IMG/VR virus record: IMGVR_UViG_3300032242_001280
Reading direction: 5' to 3' (one strand)
Length of the DNA stretch: 64,000 bases
Origin: a virus
The position numbers were made by a program, and so were the translations under genes. Below are positions 10,301 to 19,131 of the stretch, piece by piece. Numbering within the stretch: position 1 is the first letter of the stretch; each line of letters opens with the position of its first letter. A model generated the notes under the pieces. It was not told where the DNA came from and did no database searches. It worked only from the letters and a program-made list of their open reading frames with translations.

Positions 10301-12261
10301 GGTGTATTTGTGTCATCACTTGCAAGGGTTAGAAACCAATCGCTATCACGATAGCCATATTCACGGGTCATACGAACAGCAATATCTCGTGCTTGCTCAT
10401 TATCTGGCGCACGAAACTGTGTAACCGCCATTTGATTATTTGCTAAGCGAATCATATACATTGGTTGCATAGATAATACAGGTCGGTCACCGCCAATTGA
10501 TAATGGTTGGCGTGTTAGAATATCACCTGCTTGACCATCACGGGTATCTTTTAACGCAACTAAGTCAAATGAACGACCACTTGCTCGCACTATGCGTGCG
10601 GCAATATCATATACATCACTGTAAGTAATTCTTGGAGATACTACAAATTCTTGAATTACGCCACCAGTTATACGACTAATAATCTGGAATGTGATACCAC
10701 CAATACCATCATAATCTACATGCGGTTCATCATCAGCCGCTAGTTTAGCATACGGATCACTTGACTGTGGTCGGTCTGACTTTGCTTTCTTGGCAAAATC
10801 ACGCTTGCTTTGTGCATTCTTAATATAACTTACCAATGCTGTACGAGGCAGATTTCCAGTAGCAAACTGTGTAAAATACTTGATAGTATCAGTTTCATCT
10901 TTCTTATCAGCAGTTAACAGTTTCGCAAATTTCTTTTGATATTCTTTGCGTTCCATCTCTGGATGTAGTGCGATATTCATAGCATATACAACACGGAGCA
11001 GTGTATTCACTACTTCATCAGTATTCATATCAAGCCAATTGCCGCCTGGTGAACGAAACTCTACACGATTATCTTTAGTATTGATAGAGGTAAACTTATC
11101 AGTATAACCATTATGAATAAGTTTGGATGCTACGGTATTCAAGCTCTTACGCATAGCATCTACGGCTTGGTCTGCTTTTGTAGGGTTTTGTTTAATGAAT
11201 GATGCAATCTGGTCAAAAGCACTGCGAGCATAAGAATTGCCAAGACGACCAAACTTTTCAAGAATATACTTGTCGCCTAAAAACAACGCAAGTTTAACAT
11301 AATCAAGTTTATCTAACTGATAACCTGGTATAGAGATATTCATATGCAAACCAGTTTTATCATTGGTATAAGCATTGCCATCTTTTGCCCATGCTTTGAC
11401 TTTATTAATTTGGTCAATCATAGTTGGAATATCAAGTGGCGGTGATACGAACTCTAAACCTTCGCCACCTTTGCCACGAGTAGGTGATAGGCTGCTATCT
11501 GGTTCAACCACATACGCATCGTTTGGCTTTGCAATACTATGATAACTACCACTCTTAATAGTTTTCATACCAACAGCACGGCGGAAATCACCTACATCAA
11601 CAGTAGAACGAGTTCTGCGGTCATATTCATCTGGTTCAGTCCAAACTGGCCAAGATAGCCCAAGATTGCTATCATTTGCCAAATCACTCATGTAATTACC
11701 ACCATAGGTATCTTCTAAAAATTTTTCCAGATAATCATCTATGTTATCATCATCTTCAATATTATCACGCCAAGTTTGATAGTATTCTTTTCTAAATGTT
11801 TCGTATGGATCAATGGCATCTAATTCACTAAACAGTTCTTGTTGGTTTTTATAATCACGACCATAACGCTTGTCAATAAAATCTTGAATACGATCACCTG
11901 CCCAAGTGTCCCATAGACCACTACCAATATAATCTTCCCATGCATCCTTCATTAAATCAATTGCACGATTTACATCACGGCGACTATTGTGATCGCCAGC
12001 GAAGAAATTCATAAGGTCTCGTTCTAAGTTGCTCCAACTGACAGTAGAAACACGCTCATCTTGGTCATAATCTGGTTCGCTATCAAAATCTTCATATGGA
12101 TCATAATCATCGTCCTCTTCTTCTTCAAGATTAGTGACGATAAGTTCAAATTCAAGACCTGCCTTAGCATTGGGAATCTTTGCCACCGCCGCACGAAGGG
12201 CTGCTGGACTCATATTCACTTCATTTAGGATTTCTTCAAGGATCAGGTCTTTGTTTTTCAT
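7387..12261 (-). CDS. Giant polyprotein B (~1624 aa): two COOH-NH2 amidoligase (amidoligase_2-like) domains, each followed by small beta-beta-alpha-like repeats
   Basis: Two copies of GxExE...EPDSS...GxExVSPP...TGxH...SxN...EFRSxGG; start refined to MKNKDLILEEILNE. Confidence 0.8.
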   Translation of the reverse strand: MKNKDLILEEILNEVNMSPAALRAAVAKIPNAKAGLEFELIVTNLEEEEDDDYDPYEDFDSEPDYDQDERVSTVSWSNLERDLMNFFAGDHNSRRDVNRAIDLMKDAWEDYIGSGLWDTWAGDRIQDFIDKRYGRDYKNQQELFSELDAIDPYETFRKEYYQTWRDNIEDDDNIDDYLEKFLEDTYGGNYMSDLANDSNLGLSWPVWTEPDEYDRRTRSTVDVGDFRRAVGMKTIKSGSYHSIAKPNDAYVVEPDSSLSPTRGKGGEGLEFVSPPLDIPTMIDQINKVKAWAKDGNAYTNDKTGLHMNISIPGYQLDKLDYVKLALFLGDKYILEKFGRLGNSYARSAFDQIASFIKQNPTKADQAVDAMRKSLNTVASKLIHNGYTDKFTSINTKDNRVEFRSPGGNWLDMNTDEVVNTLLRVVYAMNIALHPEMERKEYQKKFAKLLTADKKDETDTIKYFTQFATGNLPRTALVSYIKNAQSKRDFAKKAKSDRPQSSDPYAKLAADDEPHVDYDGIGGITFQIISRITGGVIQEFVVSPRITYSDVYDIAARIVRASGRSFDLVALKDTRDGQAGDILTRQPLSIGGDRPVLSMQPMYMIRLANNQMAVTQFRAPDNEQARDIAVRMTREYGYRDSDWFLTLASDDTNTPIPGAGTQALQLPSGSAATYVVVNRSDGTELLATQAQSFYAATQAAQRFAQEHGLPLASIAIRSPNNNNLWDTQGQVIPQPSPQPEQPRQYTQAEIDRGYDIAGNAIPRPQANITATNGTTYNILDSESRVVHTFNAASVTGARRYAVSYAEEHNLAAPWQLAEVPNREESLEESILNEINMSPTSLEKFSQTPFAKSMKVGFETEMYIPGLGGEEGEEEEEEDMDTNEDFPGTASYRDRQRDVMDFFAGDHNTRREVESALELFYEAFSDYQSEYYDDNYENTTDWKDAIQEELGDTPADEASERELDDAKDSVRENWMSENEEGIWRQFLYRNNIGDMYDWMRWVNRNTRESLTWPHYTFSSSREEPTEDIGDVVDDFRRTTGYKARASSGYHGADRDETTWIFEPDSSLDSPNNDGDGGIELVSPPMNLEDGLAALENVFSWAKSNDYYTNRTTGFHIGVSIPNQTMENIDHLKVIMLLGDEYVLKAFGRAGSRWTKSSFDQAKREVRGRSGRKNIPAILDKMRSGLEDIAKKEINKLLVPRGDRYVSVNIKPNYIEFRSAGGNYFEQYEEIRKTMLRYVRVMGAAADTEDARQEYQKKLYKFVSGGISEKDNTMQLFAKYTAGAINKEQLVKELRTAQERRKPVAPLGSGPVDGFLENEDGENVVKINGTAPYDMIETAIKFANARQLPLGDIALRYPGYSLVTVQYYSTNPNETDSKTMVFIPQVEMYSTYSSEIEKLAIPVIEKHWGVNWGVSGLRADRLSVRVLDEYSLQYMRDEMMRITTRGEDRAPSPPSAPPQSSTTASGAATGRSVRYVLKYTDTGANITSFTFYNPEQAKEYANSVQRRYSSSMRWGGTLGGIRGMAMYAIDPDTAEEELFYMGPGEAIVNQPAAEPTPDWANDPNISVTNNTPRIANPGGRGTYALFVQNGTQISEELEFNSYQDALRHFTPLVNNSGFTGWTVRQLS

Positions 12262-12277
12262 GATATTATTTACCCGT

Positions 12278-15200
12278 TTATTGTAGCCATGCACCAGAAG
12301 CAGGTTGGTCAAGCACGATTGGTGGTATGCTATGATCATCTGGCTCCAAGTATAAACTTTTAGCATCAAAGGTACTTGAAAGACGATCTGCATATGATTT
12401 TGCCCAAGCATATGCTTCACTTGGTGTAGCAAAGCGTTTTGGGTCAGAGAGATTAGAACCATATGGCGGTTCGCCAATCCATACTCTATAAATCTTTGTG
12501 CTAGCAACAAATGCTGATCTTGCTGCTGCATCTGCTTTATCGGTCTGACGCTTCTGCAAGCGCATCTTCAACACATTTTGGTCAATTAAACCACTGGCAT
12601 ACATGGTAAAGTTTGAAAGTTGGTCATCATCTTGTGGAATATGTTTGGCAATCATTGCATAAAGTTTTTTAGCATATTCTTCACGATATGCCTGTGGATC
12701 AGCCGCAATTGCCATTACCTGAACATAACGCAACACAGTATTCTTGATGTCGTCTATATGTTCCATGAAGTTGCCGCCAGCACTGCGGAACTCAATGTAA
12801 TTTGTTTTTATATTCACACTTACATAACGATCAGTACTAATTGAACGATTTATAATCTCTTTTGCAACTTTTGCTAAGTTGGTGCGCAGTTTTTTTGCAT
12901 ACTCTTGTGGTGTTGTTGCGCTGCCTCGTCTTTTTAACATCTTTTGTATTTGTGTAAACATACTTTTAGTATATGCGTTACTGCCACGATCAAATAGGTC
13001 TAGCACATATTGATCACCAAGCAGCATTACTACTTTGAGTGGGTCAACTTTTGCTTGTAGTTCTTCTGGCAAACTAACTCCAACATGGAAACCAGTTGAT
13101 GTATTGCCATAATAACCGTTTTGTCCTGCCCATTGGAAGAACTTATCAAGTGCTGCTATACCTTGTTGCAGCGGCATTGGCGGTGAAACAAGTTCAATGC
13201 CACTATCATCACCACTAATACTGCCATCAGGCTCAAGAATCCAACTAGTAGCATCGCGTTTTGCGCCATGATATCCACTACTGACTTTTGTTTTAAAGCC
13301 GCTGTACTCATTCCAATTCTTTGCAAGTTGCGCTATCGTTATCACGCCACTAGGTTGCATATTTGGTTTTAAATAAGGGAACCATGCTCCACCACCGCCA
13401 TATTCTGCATATTTTAGAACCCAATCGGATATGTGTTTAACATTTTCTGACTTTAGAAATTTTTTCCATTGCTTTTCATAATCTTCTGTGGAAAGTTCAT
13501 TTATTGTTTTTGTAAAAAATATTGCTCGCGCCCGTGCACCCAATCCATATGGATTGTTTGGTTCATCGGCAATTCTATCTCTTATCTCTCGCTGGCCTGA
13601 CCAACCACTTCTGCGCCCGCCAAGATCGTCATAGATTTTTTTAGCAATTACTTTTAAATTTTCTGGTTTCAGCATTTCATCAATCATGCTAGGATTTTTC
13701 TCAACTATATAATCAATGAATGAATGTTTCAAGGTCAATAAGTCATCATTTATTGCTGACAAATCACTTTCACCAGTACCAGCATCCTTATACCAGTTTA
13801 AGACTTCATCTTGCCATGTTCTAGTAATTGGAAATTTAATATCTTTAGTCATATCCCAATTTCTTGCATCTTGGCGAGGATCAGATTCATCGTCATCTTC
13901 ATCTTCTAAACCAGGTACTAGCATTTCTGCTTCAAATCCAATAGTCATTGCTTGTGCTTGTGGGGTGGCAGCAAACTTTGCCAATGAACCAGGTGACATG
14001 TTTACTTCATCAAGCTCACCGACATAATCTACTTCGCTGCCGCCTGTATCTGGCTGAACCCAACGGTCCCAAGGAAAAACCGCTACCTGACGGTCAGGAT
14101 AATCATTACCACCGCCTACAGTTCCTATGATAGAGCCAGCATGTTCGCCAACAGAACTTGGACCAAGCAACTGCATAAACTTTGCTTTTTCTTGTGGTAT
14201 TCTAAAATCATGACTTGAAGTTGCATTTCCTCTATTGCCATAATAAACATCTACGGCAATATTCGGTCTTGATAGTGCAGATGCTGCATAAACTCTATAT
14301 AATTTTTTAAGACTACCTAATGTTCCCTCTAGAAAAAATGTATTGGGAAGATTTACAAAACGAACATATCCTTGGGTAAATGCTTCTTCATATCCATCAA
14401 TGTCGTTATCATAAAGCCATGACAGATGTTCTTCTGAACCAACATATTCTACACGACGATTAGGCAAAATCCAACCATGTGTTTCATTTGTATCAAGTGC
14501 TTCTTCTACACTTTCTTTTTTGGCAGTGGCAGCACGGATTTTAGCAATAGCACTTTGTGCGGCATTATCACTCTTGGCTGGTTGTTGTGCTTCTGCGTCC
14601 CATTTCTTGTGTAGGAATGTTAATAAACCTTTTAGGTCTGCAACACCAATCTTACGCATAGCAGCAATAATTTTATTAGCCTGATCATAGCCACTATTGC
14701 CTGGCTTGCGAGCATTTGAAATTTCATTGCGCAGACCTAAGTCATCAGCAAACTGACCGCCGTTCCAATAAGTTAAACTATAACGCAGTTCATTTGCTCG
14801 CTTGGATAACTCGCTGCGACTTTTCTTGAATATTAGTTCTAACCACGGACCTAACATTCGCTTACCATAATTACTGGTACTTACATAACCAGTTTTCTTT
14901 TGGCCACGAATTAAATCTTGGGCTTTGCTTACTGGTATTGCTCGCTTGGTGTCCTGTAATTTCCATGCATTTTCGTTGCTATAGAGATATGTTGGTAAAC
15001 CACGCTTCTTTGCTACAATCATCAACTGACGAGTAGTTGGACTTGCAAACTCACCTGCTTCTTTAAGCAGAATATGAACTGCTGTAATCGCATCTGCTGG
15101 TATTGTTGGCTCACGAGCAAATATACGGTCTTCGCTTTCACTGTGTTTTTGCTTATCAAATCCTGCCCAGTAATCAATAGCCTTCACAGGATAACGACGA

Positions 15201-17950
15201 TTAAACCAATTACCATCAAGATTAAACATAACGGCAGTGCCACCTGTTAACTCGTGATAGCCGCCTACTTTGCTGCGTGTAGTAGATAAGAAATAGTTAT
15301 ATCCTTTTGGCGCATACGGTGCTTCTACGGTGCCAGTAGAAATGCTCAACATAAACTCATTGTTCTTGAGAATGTTTAATGCTGCACCCACGCTGCCTGT
15401 ATAATGGAACAACACTGGTGATGCTGCTTCATCTAAACTTTCTGTTTCTTCTAAATCTTTACGATGACTACGCTTGTAGTATGAACACCAACCATTTGCC
15501 GCAATCTTGCCACTAACAGCCGAACAACCGTGTGGAGGACGCCACATAGTGCAGTGATCACAGCGTTGACCATTGCGAGGCATAGCCTGATACTTTGCTT
15601 CGGCTTTGGTTGATTTTTCTGCAACTTCATTCAAGCCTTCCGCCACACTTTCTTTTACTGCAAATTGCGCCATATCTGCAATAGGAATAACCTTTGCATT
15701 TATACTTGGTAATTTATTCAATATAGCTTTGTGTGCTCTATGGGTGCCATCGGCTATCCAAAACTGCCCATTTTGTCTTTTAACAACAATAATTGGATAT
15801 TGCAAGTCTGCTTTTTGCATCCGAGCCATAGATTGTGTTTCATCTTCTTCACGACCTGCAATTTGGTCAGCAAACTGTTTTGGATCAACTTTAACAACAG
15901 GATATTTGTCTGCTAATGCAACTAAATCTCTAATTTTAAACTTAAATGATTTTCCATCTATGCCAATACCTGCTTCTTGTTCAAATCCTTCACCTTCTTC
16001 TAATTCTTCATTAACTTTGTTTTTACTGATTTCTTCAATATCACTATCAGGAACTAATCGTGCAGGTATACTATCTTTTTTAAGTGTTTTATAAGCCCAA
16101 AATCTATGATGACCATCTAATACTTGATACCCACCTTTGTATTTGCGGACTAAAATAGGTGGTATATTTTCATTCTTCTCTAGACCATCTATAATTTTCG
16201 CAACATTTGCTTGGGCTTTTGGTAATTTCATCTTTTCATCTGGTTCAAACCCAACAAGTTCTTTTGTAGGAATGTTGATGATAGGCAGTGAATCAAACCC
16301 GCTATCATCTACTTCTGCACCAAAATAGTCTGGATCAGTATATAGTTTTACTTTACCTTCGTTTGCCAAGTCAGGAGCAACCATGTAACTGTTCTTGCTG
16401 CCTGGCGGAAACTCAAAGCGTTGCGCACCCTTTTCACGAGCAGCAGCACGAGCCTTCTTAAACTCCAGTGTCCACCAACGACGATTAGTATAATCCTTAT
16501 TGCCCATATAGGCTTTTGGATCAGTAATACGCAACTCGTTCCATTGGTCAGGAGTTAGGTCTTCGTTTATTTGAACGCCCAACGCTTGCAACATAGCACG
16601 AGCAACTACACGATCTTTTTCTTTTTCTACTTCTGGCAACTGACCATAAGTTTGTTGGGCAAGTGCATAACGCTTCTTTTTCTTATCGGGAATTGTAGGC
16701 GCATCTAACTGCAACTTGCCCATATAATCAGCCACTGCAGTCTTATTCCAACCATCGTGGATTGCGCTAGCAATAGCGTCAACATCTGTTATACCACTAT
16801 CAATCATACGCTTGGCAGCGGTTGCACTTTCAATGTTCGCTAACCAACCAAAGTTAGCACCTGGTGTGGATAACCCATAATGATAAGCATCATCTAGGGC
16901 TTTATCACTTATGTGAGCAAGTTGCTCTACTGATAGGCTTTCAGGGATAATGCTTTCAATAAATTTACTTTCATTTGAGTTTCGGGTCAAATTGTAGCGC
17001 ACTGCATATCCATCATCAATAGTTCTTGCATCGTAACCAAGAGATGTGGCATAACGGTCTACAAGTCTATTGTATAGCTTGGCACGGCTTTGTTTGTTTG
17101 ATCCAGATTCAACTTCTTTGTCAACAGAGAAAGTTATTTGTAATGGTTTGTGTTTTTTAATAAATTTTTGTATAGCATTTAAAACAGTTGCAAATATTCG
17201 TTGTGCATCACCTTCACCAGTGACATCTTGGCTGTTGTTTCTCCAGAACTCAACTTGCCATTTGGCGTCGCCTTCGTTATTAAACATGACACTTAAATTT
17301 GTTCCATCTGGTAATGGAACTAGCATATCATAGCTACCAAATTCACTTTTTTCCCACTTGCCTCGGTAAGGTTTATCAAAGGTTTCTTCCATACTTTCGC
17401 CAAGTCCCATACCACGGCGAACTGCTTGAAATAGCGTCTTGTCATCAACCGTCATATTTTGTGGCACACGAGTAGCCCGTTCAAACGCATCTGGATCACC
17501 ATCTTCTGCAGCTTTTCTTGCATTGGTTGCGCTTGTTAAACGAGGACTTTCCATAAAAGAAAGTGGTTCAAATTTATAATAGCCGTGCGCTACTTCTTTT
17601 CCATTGTACTGTTCCAGTACTGGTCGCATGCTTGCCATGTCATCTTCACCAGCCACAAAAGTGGCACTGCGGAAACCTTTGTCATAAAGATATGCGGCTG
17701 CTTGTAGGAATGTTTTGATGTTTGGGTCTTCAACTAGATGTCCTTGAACTTGTGGATATAATAATTTAACCCATGCTATTTTTTCTACATAGGTAAGTGG
17801 ATTTTTCTTTGCATCATGGCTTTTACTTAAGAATAGCGCCCATGCGCCTTGTTTTGCCACGCTAGCAATAGTATTAATTAAACCTTCGTGTCCATAATGT
17901 GGAGGATTCAGACGCCCGAAAGCAAACGCGATATGAGGATTATTAGCCAT
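12278..17950 (-). CDS. Giant polyprotein A (~1890 aa): cytidylyltransferase-like, uncharacterised, RyR-like, 2x ParB/Srx, HiPIP, ART-like, uncharacterised and amidoligase domains
   Basis: GRLNPPHYGH; HDGW...YGQLPEVEKEKDR; LDGHHR and ADGTHR; YQ..P..GQRCDHC...C..V.G.I...GWC; FHYT...STTR...ESEDR; GFEAE...ELVSPP...TGFH...EFRSAGG. Confidence 0.8.
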   Translation of the reverse strand: MANNPHIAFAFGRLNPPHYGHEGLINTIASVAKQGAWALFLSKSHDAKKNPLTYVEKIAWVKLLYPQVQGHLVEDPNIKTFLQAAAYLYDKGFRSATFVAGEDDMASMRPVLEQYNGKEVAHGYYKFEPLSFMESPRLTSATNARKAAEDGDPDAFERATRVPQNMTVDDKTLFQAVRRGMGLGESMEETFDKPYRGKWEKSEFGSYDMLVPLPDGTNLSVMFNNEGDAKWQVEFWRNNSQDVTGEGDAQRIFATVLNAIQKFIKKHKPLQITFSVDKEVESGSNKQSRAKLYNRLVDRYATSLGYDARTIDDGYAVRYNLTRNSNESKFIESIIPESLSVEQLAHISDKALDDAYHYGLSTPGANFGWLANIESATAAKRMIDSGITDVDAIASAIHDGWNKTAVADYMGKLQLDAPTIPDKKKKRYALAQQTYGQLPEVEKEKDRVVARAMLQALGVQINEDLTPDQWNELRITDPKAYMGNKDYTNRRWWTLEFKKARAAAREKGAQRFEFPPGSKNSYMVAPDLANEGKVKLYTDPDYFGAEVDDSGFDSLPIINIPTKELVGFEPDEKMKLPKAQANVAKIIDGLEKNENIPPILVRKYKGGYQVLDGHHRFWAYKTLKKDSIPARLVPDSDIEEISKNKVNEELEEGEGFEQEAGIGIDGKSFKFKIRDLVALADKYPVVKVDPKQFADQIAGREEDETQSMARMQKADLQYPIIVVKRQNGQFWIADGTHRAHKAILNKLPSINAKVIPIADMAQFAVKESVAEGLNEVAEKSTKAEAKYQAMPRNGQRCDHCTMWRPPHGCSAVSGKIAANGWCSYYKRSHRKDLEETESLDEAASPVLFHYTGSVGAALNILKNNEFMLSISTGTVEAPYAPKGYNYFLSTTRSKVGGYHELTGGTAVMFNLDGNWFNRRYPVKAIDYWAGFDKQKHSESEDRIFAREPTIPADAITAVHILLKEAGEFASPTTRQLMIVAKKRGLPTYLYSNENAWKLQDTKRAIPVSKAQDLIRGQKKTGYVSTSNYGKRMLGPWLELIFKKSRSELSKRANELRYSLTYWNGGQFADDLGLRNEISNARKPGNSGYDQANKIIAAMRKIGVADLKGLLTFLHKKWDAEAQQPAKSDNAAQSAIAKIRAATAKKESVEEALDTNETHGWILPNRRVEYVGSEEHLSWLYDNDIDGYEEAFTQGYVRFVNLPNTFFLEGTLGSLKKLYRVYAASALSRPNIAVDVYYGNRGNATSSHDFRIPQEKAKFMQLLGPSSVGEHAGSIIGTVGGGNDYPDRQVAVFPWDRWVQPDTGGSEVDYVGELDEVNMSPGSLAKFAATPQAQAMTIGFEAEMLVPGLEDEDDDESDPRQDARNWDMTKDIKFPITRTWQDEVLNWYKDAGTGESDLSAINDDLLTLKHSFIDYIVEKNPSMIDEMLKPENLKVIAKKIYDDLGGRRSGWSGQREIRDRIADEPNNPYGLGARARAIFFTKTINELSTEDYEKQWKKFLKSENVKHISDWVLKYAEYGGGGAWFPYLKPNMQPSGVITIAQLAKNWNEYSGFKTKVSSGYHGAKRDATSWILEPDGSISGDDSGIELVSPPMPLQQGIAALDKFFQWAGQNGYYGNTSTGFHVGVSLPEELQAKVDPLKVVMLLGDQYVLDLFDRGSNAYTKSMFTQIQKMLKRRGSATTPQEYAKKLRTNLAKVAKEIINRSISTDRYVSVNIKTNYIEFRSAGGNFMEHIDDIKNTVLRYVQVMAIAADPQAYREEYAKKLYAMIAKHIPQDDDQLSNFTMYASGLIDQNVLKMRLQKRQTDKADAAARSAFVASTKIYRVWIGEPPYGSNLSDPKRFATPSEAYAWAKSYADRLSSTFDAKSLYLEPDDHSIPPIVLDQPASGAWLQ

Positions 17951-17993
17951 TTTCAATTCCAGATAAAATATTTATCTGCTTTGAAACTTGACC

Positions 17994-19121
17994 TTAATTT
18001 GGTGTCCAGCGATGCCTTGGCACTAATTTTATGTTTGGGTCGCCATAGTGAACATAGCCTTCGCCGCCGCGCTGACCTTTGGTAGATTGCTGAATATCAC
18101 CGCCTTCGCTATCTAATTGGTCAATAATTTGATTTTTGACTGTACGAAGATTCTCTAGTGTAGCAAAGGTTGCAATAAAACCTTTTTGGTTTTGCGCAAT
18201 CCAGTCGCTAATCTTTGCTTGCATTGGCGCACTTTGTTTGCTGCTACTGTTTAACCAGTTTACAAACTCACTAGCAAGATCGTTTGTTCTACCAACTCTT
18301 GCCATTTGATTATTAAAGTTATAAAGAACGCCTTTAAACCCTGCCATTTTCATGGCAGCGAGGCGGTCATCGTCCAAGAAGTTATCAATTACATTTTTGT
18401 TTGCAGCAATATACTTTTGTAAGTCTTGTAACTTTTTTGTATCTACTTTTATAGGCTGTTGTGCATATCGTGGACCTAACACAATCAATCCTTGTGTTTG
18501 ATTAAATTTAGTGAAGTCATCTATTGGTTGTTGTTGATCATCGCCCATTCCAAATTGTGGAAAGAAAGCATGCCCAACAACGGCTGCAGTTGCTTTTGAA
18601 ATACGCTGCCCAAGTTCAGTTGTTGTTGGTACGCTATATGTTACATTGTTTGGTGTAAAGGTATATGAATCATTTTCCATTTGTGGGCGGCGCATAAACA
18701 ACAAATCGCCATACACATATCCACGAAAATCTTTAGGGGTTGCTGCTTCGAATAGCGCCCATAAACTAGCATACTCGTTTGCAAAACGCATACGCTCATC
18801 TTCTTTATCTGGCGTTACATTGCCAGTGCTCATAATAAATTTTACAAGTTCTTGTGGACTGCGACTTTTACCACTGTCATTTGGCTTTAACCAACCGTTG
18901 TGCCCAACCATTATAAAACTGCCATCTGGTTCGCGTCCCCAATATACTTGAGGTTTACCGTCCCATTTCCAACGAATTTGAGTTGGGCTACGAGCAAGAT
19001 CACTGAGGCGACTAACTGCTGTCTCTGCTCCAGCACTGCCGCTGATAAGCACAAGGTCTTCTACATGCTGAAATGCACGACCAACTTTTGGGGCTTCGTT
19101 AATAATTTGGTTTATAAACAT
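17994..19121 (-). CDS. DUF6267-like covalent nucleotidyltransferase (RNA-ligase-like)
   Basis: HVEDL, KWDGKP (motif I), GDLLF, GEGYV (motif IV), KLV (motif V); MFINQIINEA leader; adjacent to a cytidylyltransferase domain as in T4-like phages. Confidence 0.7.
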   Translation of the reverse strand: MFINQIINEAPKVGRAFQHVEDLVLISGSAGAETAVSRLSDLARSPTQIRWKWDGKPQVYWGREPDGSFIMVGHNGWLKPNDSGKSRSPQELVKFIMSTGNVTPDKEDERMRFANEYASLWALFEAATPKDFRGYVYGDLLFMRRPQMENDSYTFTPNNVTYSVPTTTELGQRISKATAAVVGHAFFPQFGMGDDQQQPIDDFTKFNQTQGLIVLGPRYAQQPIKVDTKKLQDLQKYIAANKNVIDNFLDDDRLAAMKMAGFKGVLYNFNNQMARVGRTNDLASEFVNWLNSSSKQSAPMQAKISDWIAQNQKGFIATFATLENLRTVKNQIIDQLDSEGGDIQQSTKGQRGGEGYVHYGDPNIKLVPRHRWTPN

Positions 19122-19131
19122 TATGCAATAT

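Noticed and set aside
12262-12531. 90-codon N-terminal extension of polyprotein B overlapping polyprotein A, suggesting a frameshift fusion
   Set aside because: No slippery site recognised; a TAAATA and a leader-type start exist at 12261, so the extension is probably an incidental open frame
8605-12796. 24-bp exact direct repeat gccgccagcactgcggaactcaat (8605 and 12773) as an att site or DGR repeat
   Set aside because: Both copies encode the conserved IEFRSAGG motif of paralogous amidoligases; no integrase or reverse transcriptase seen
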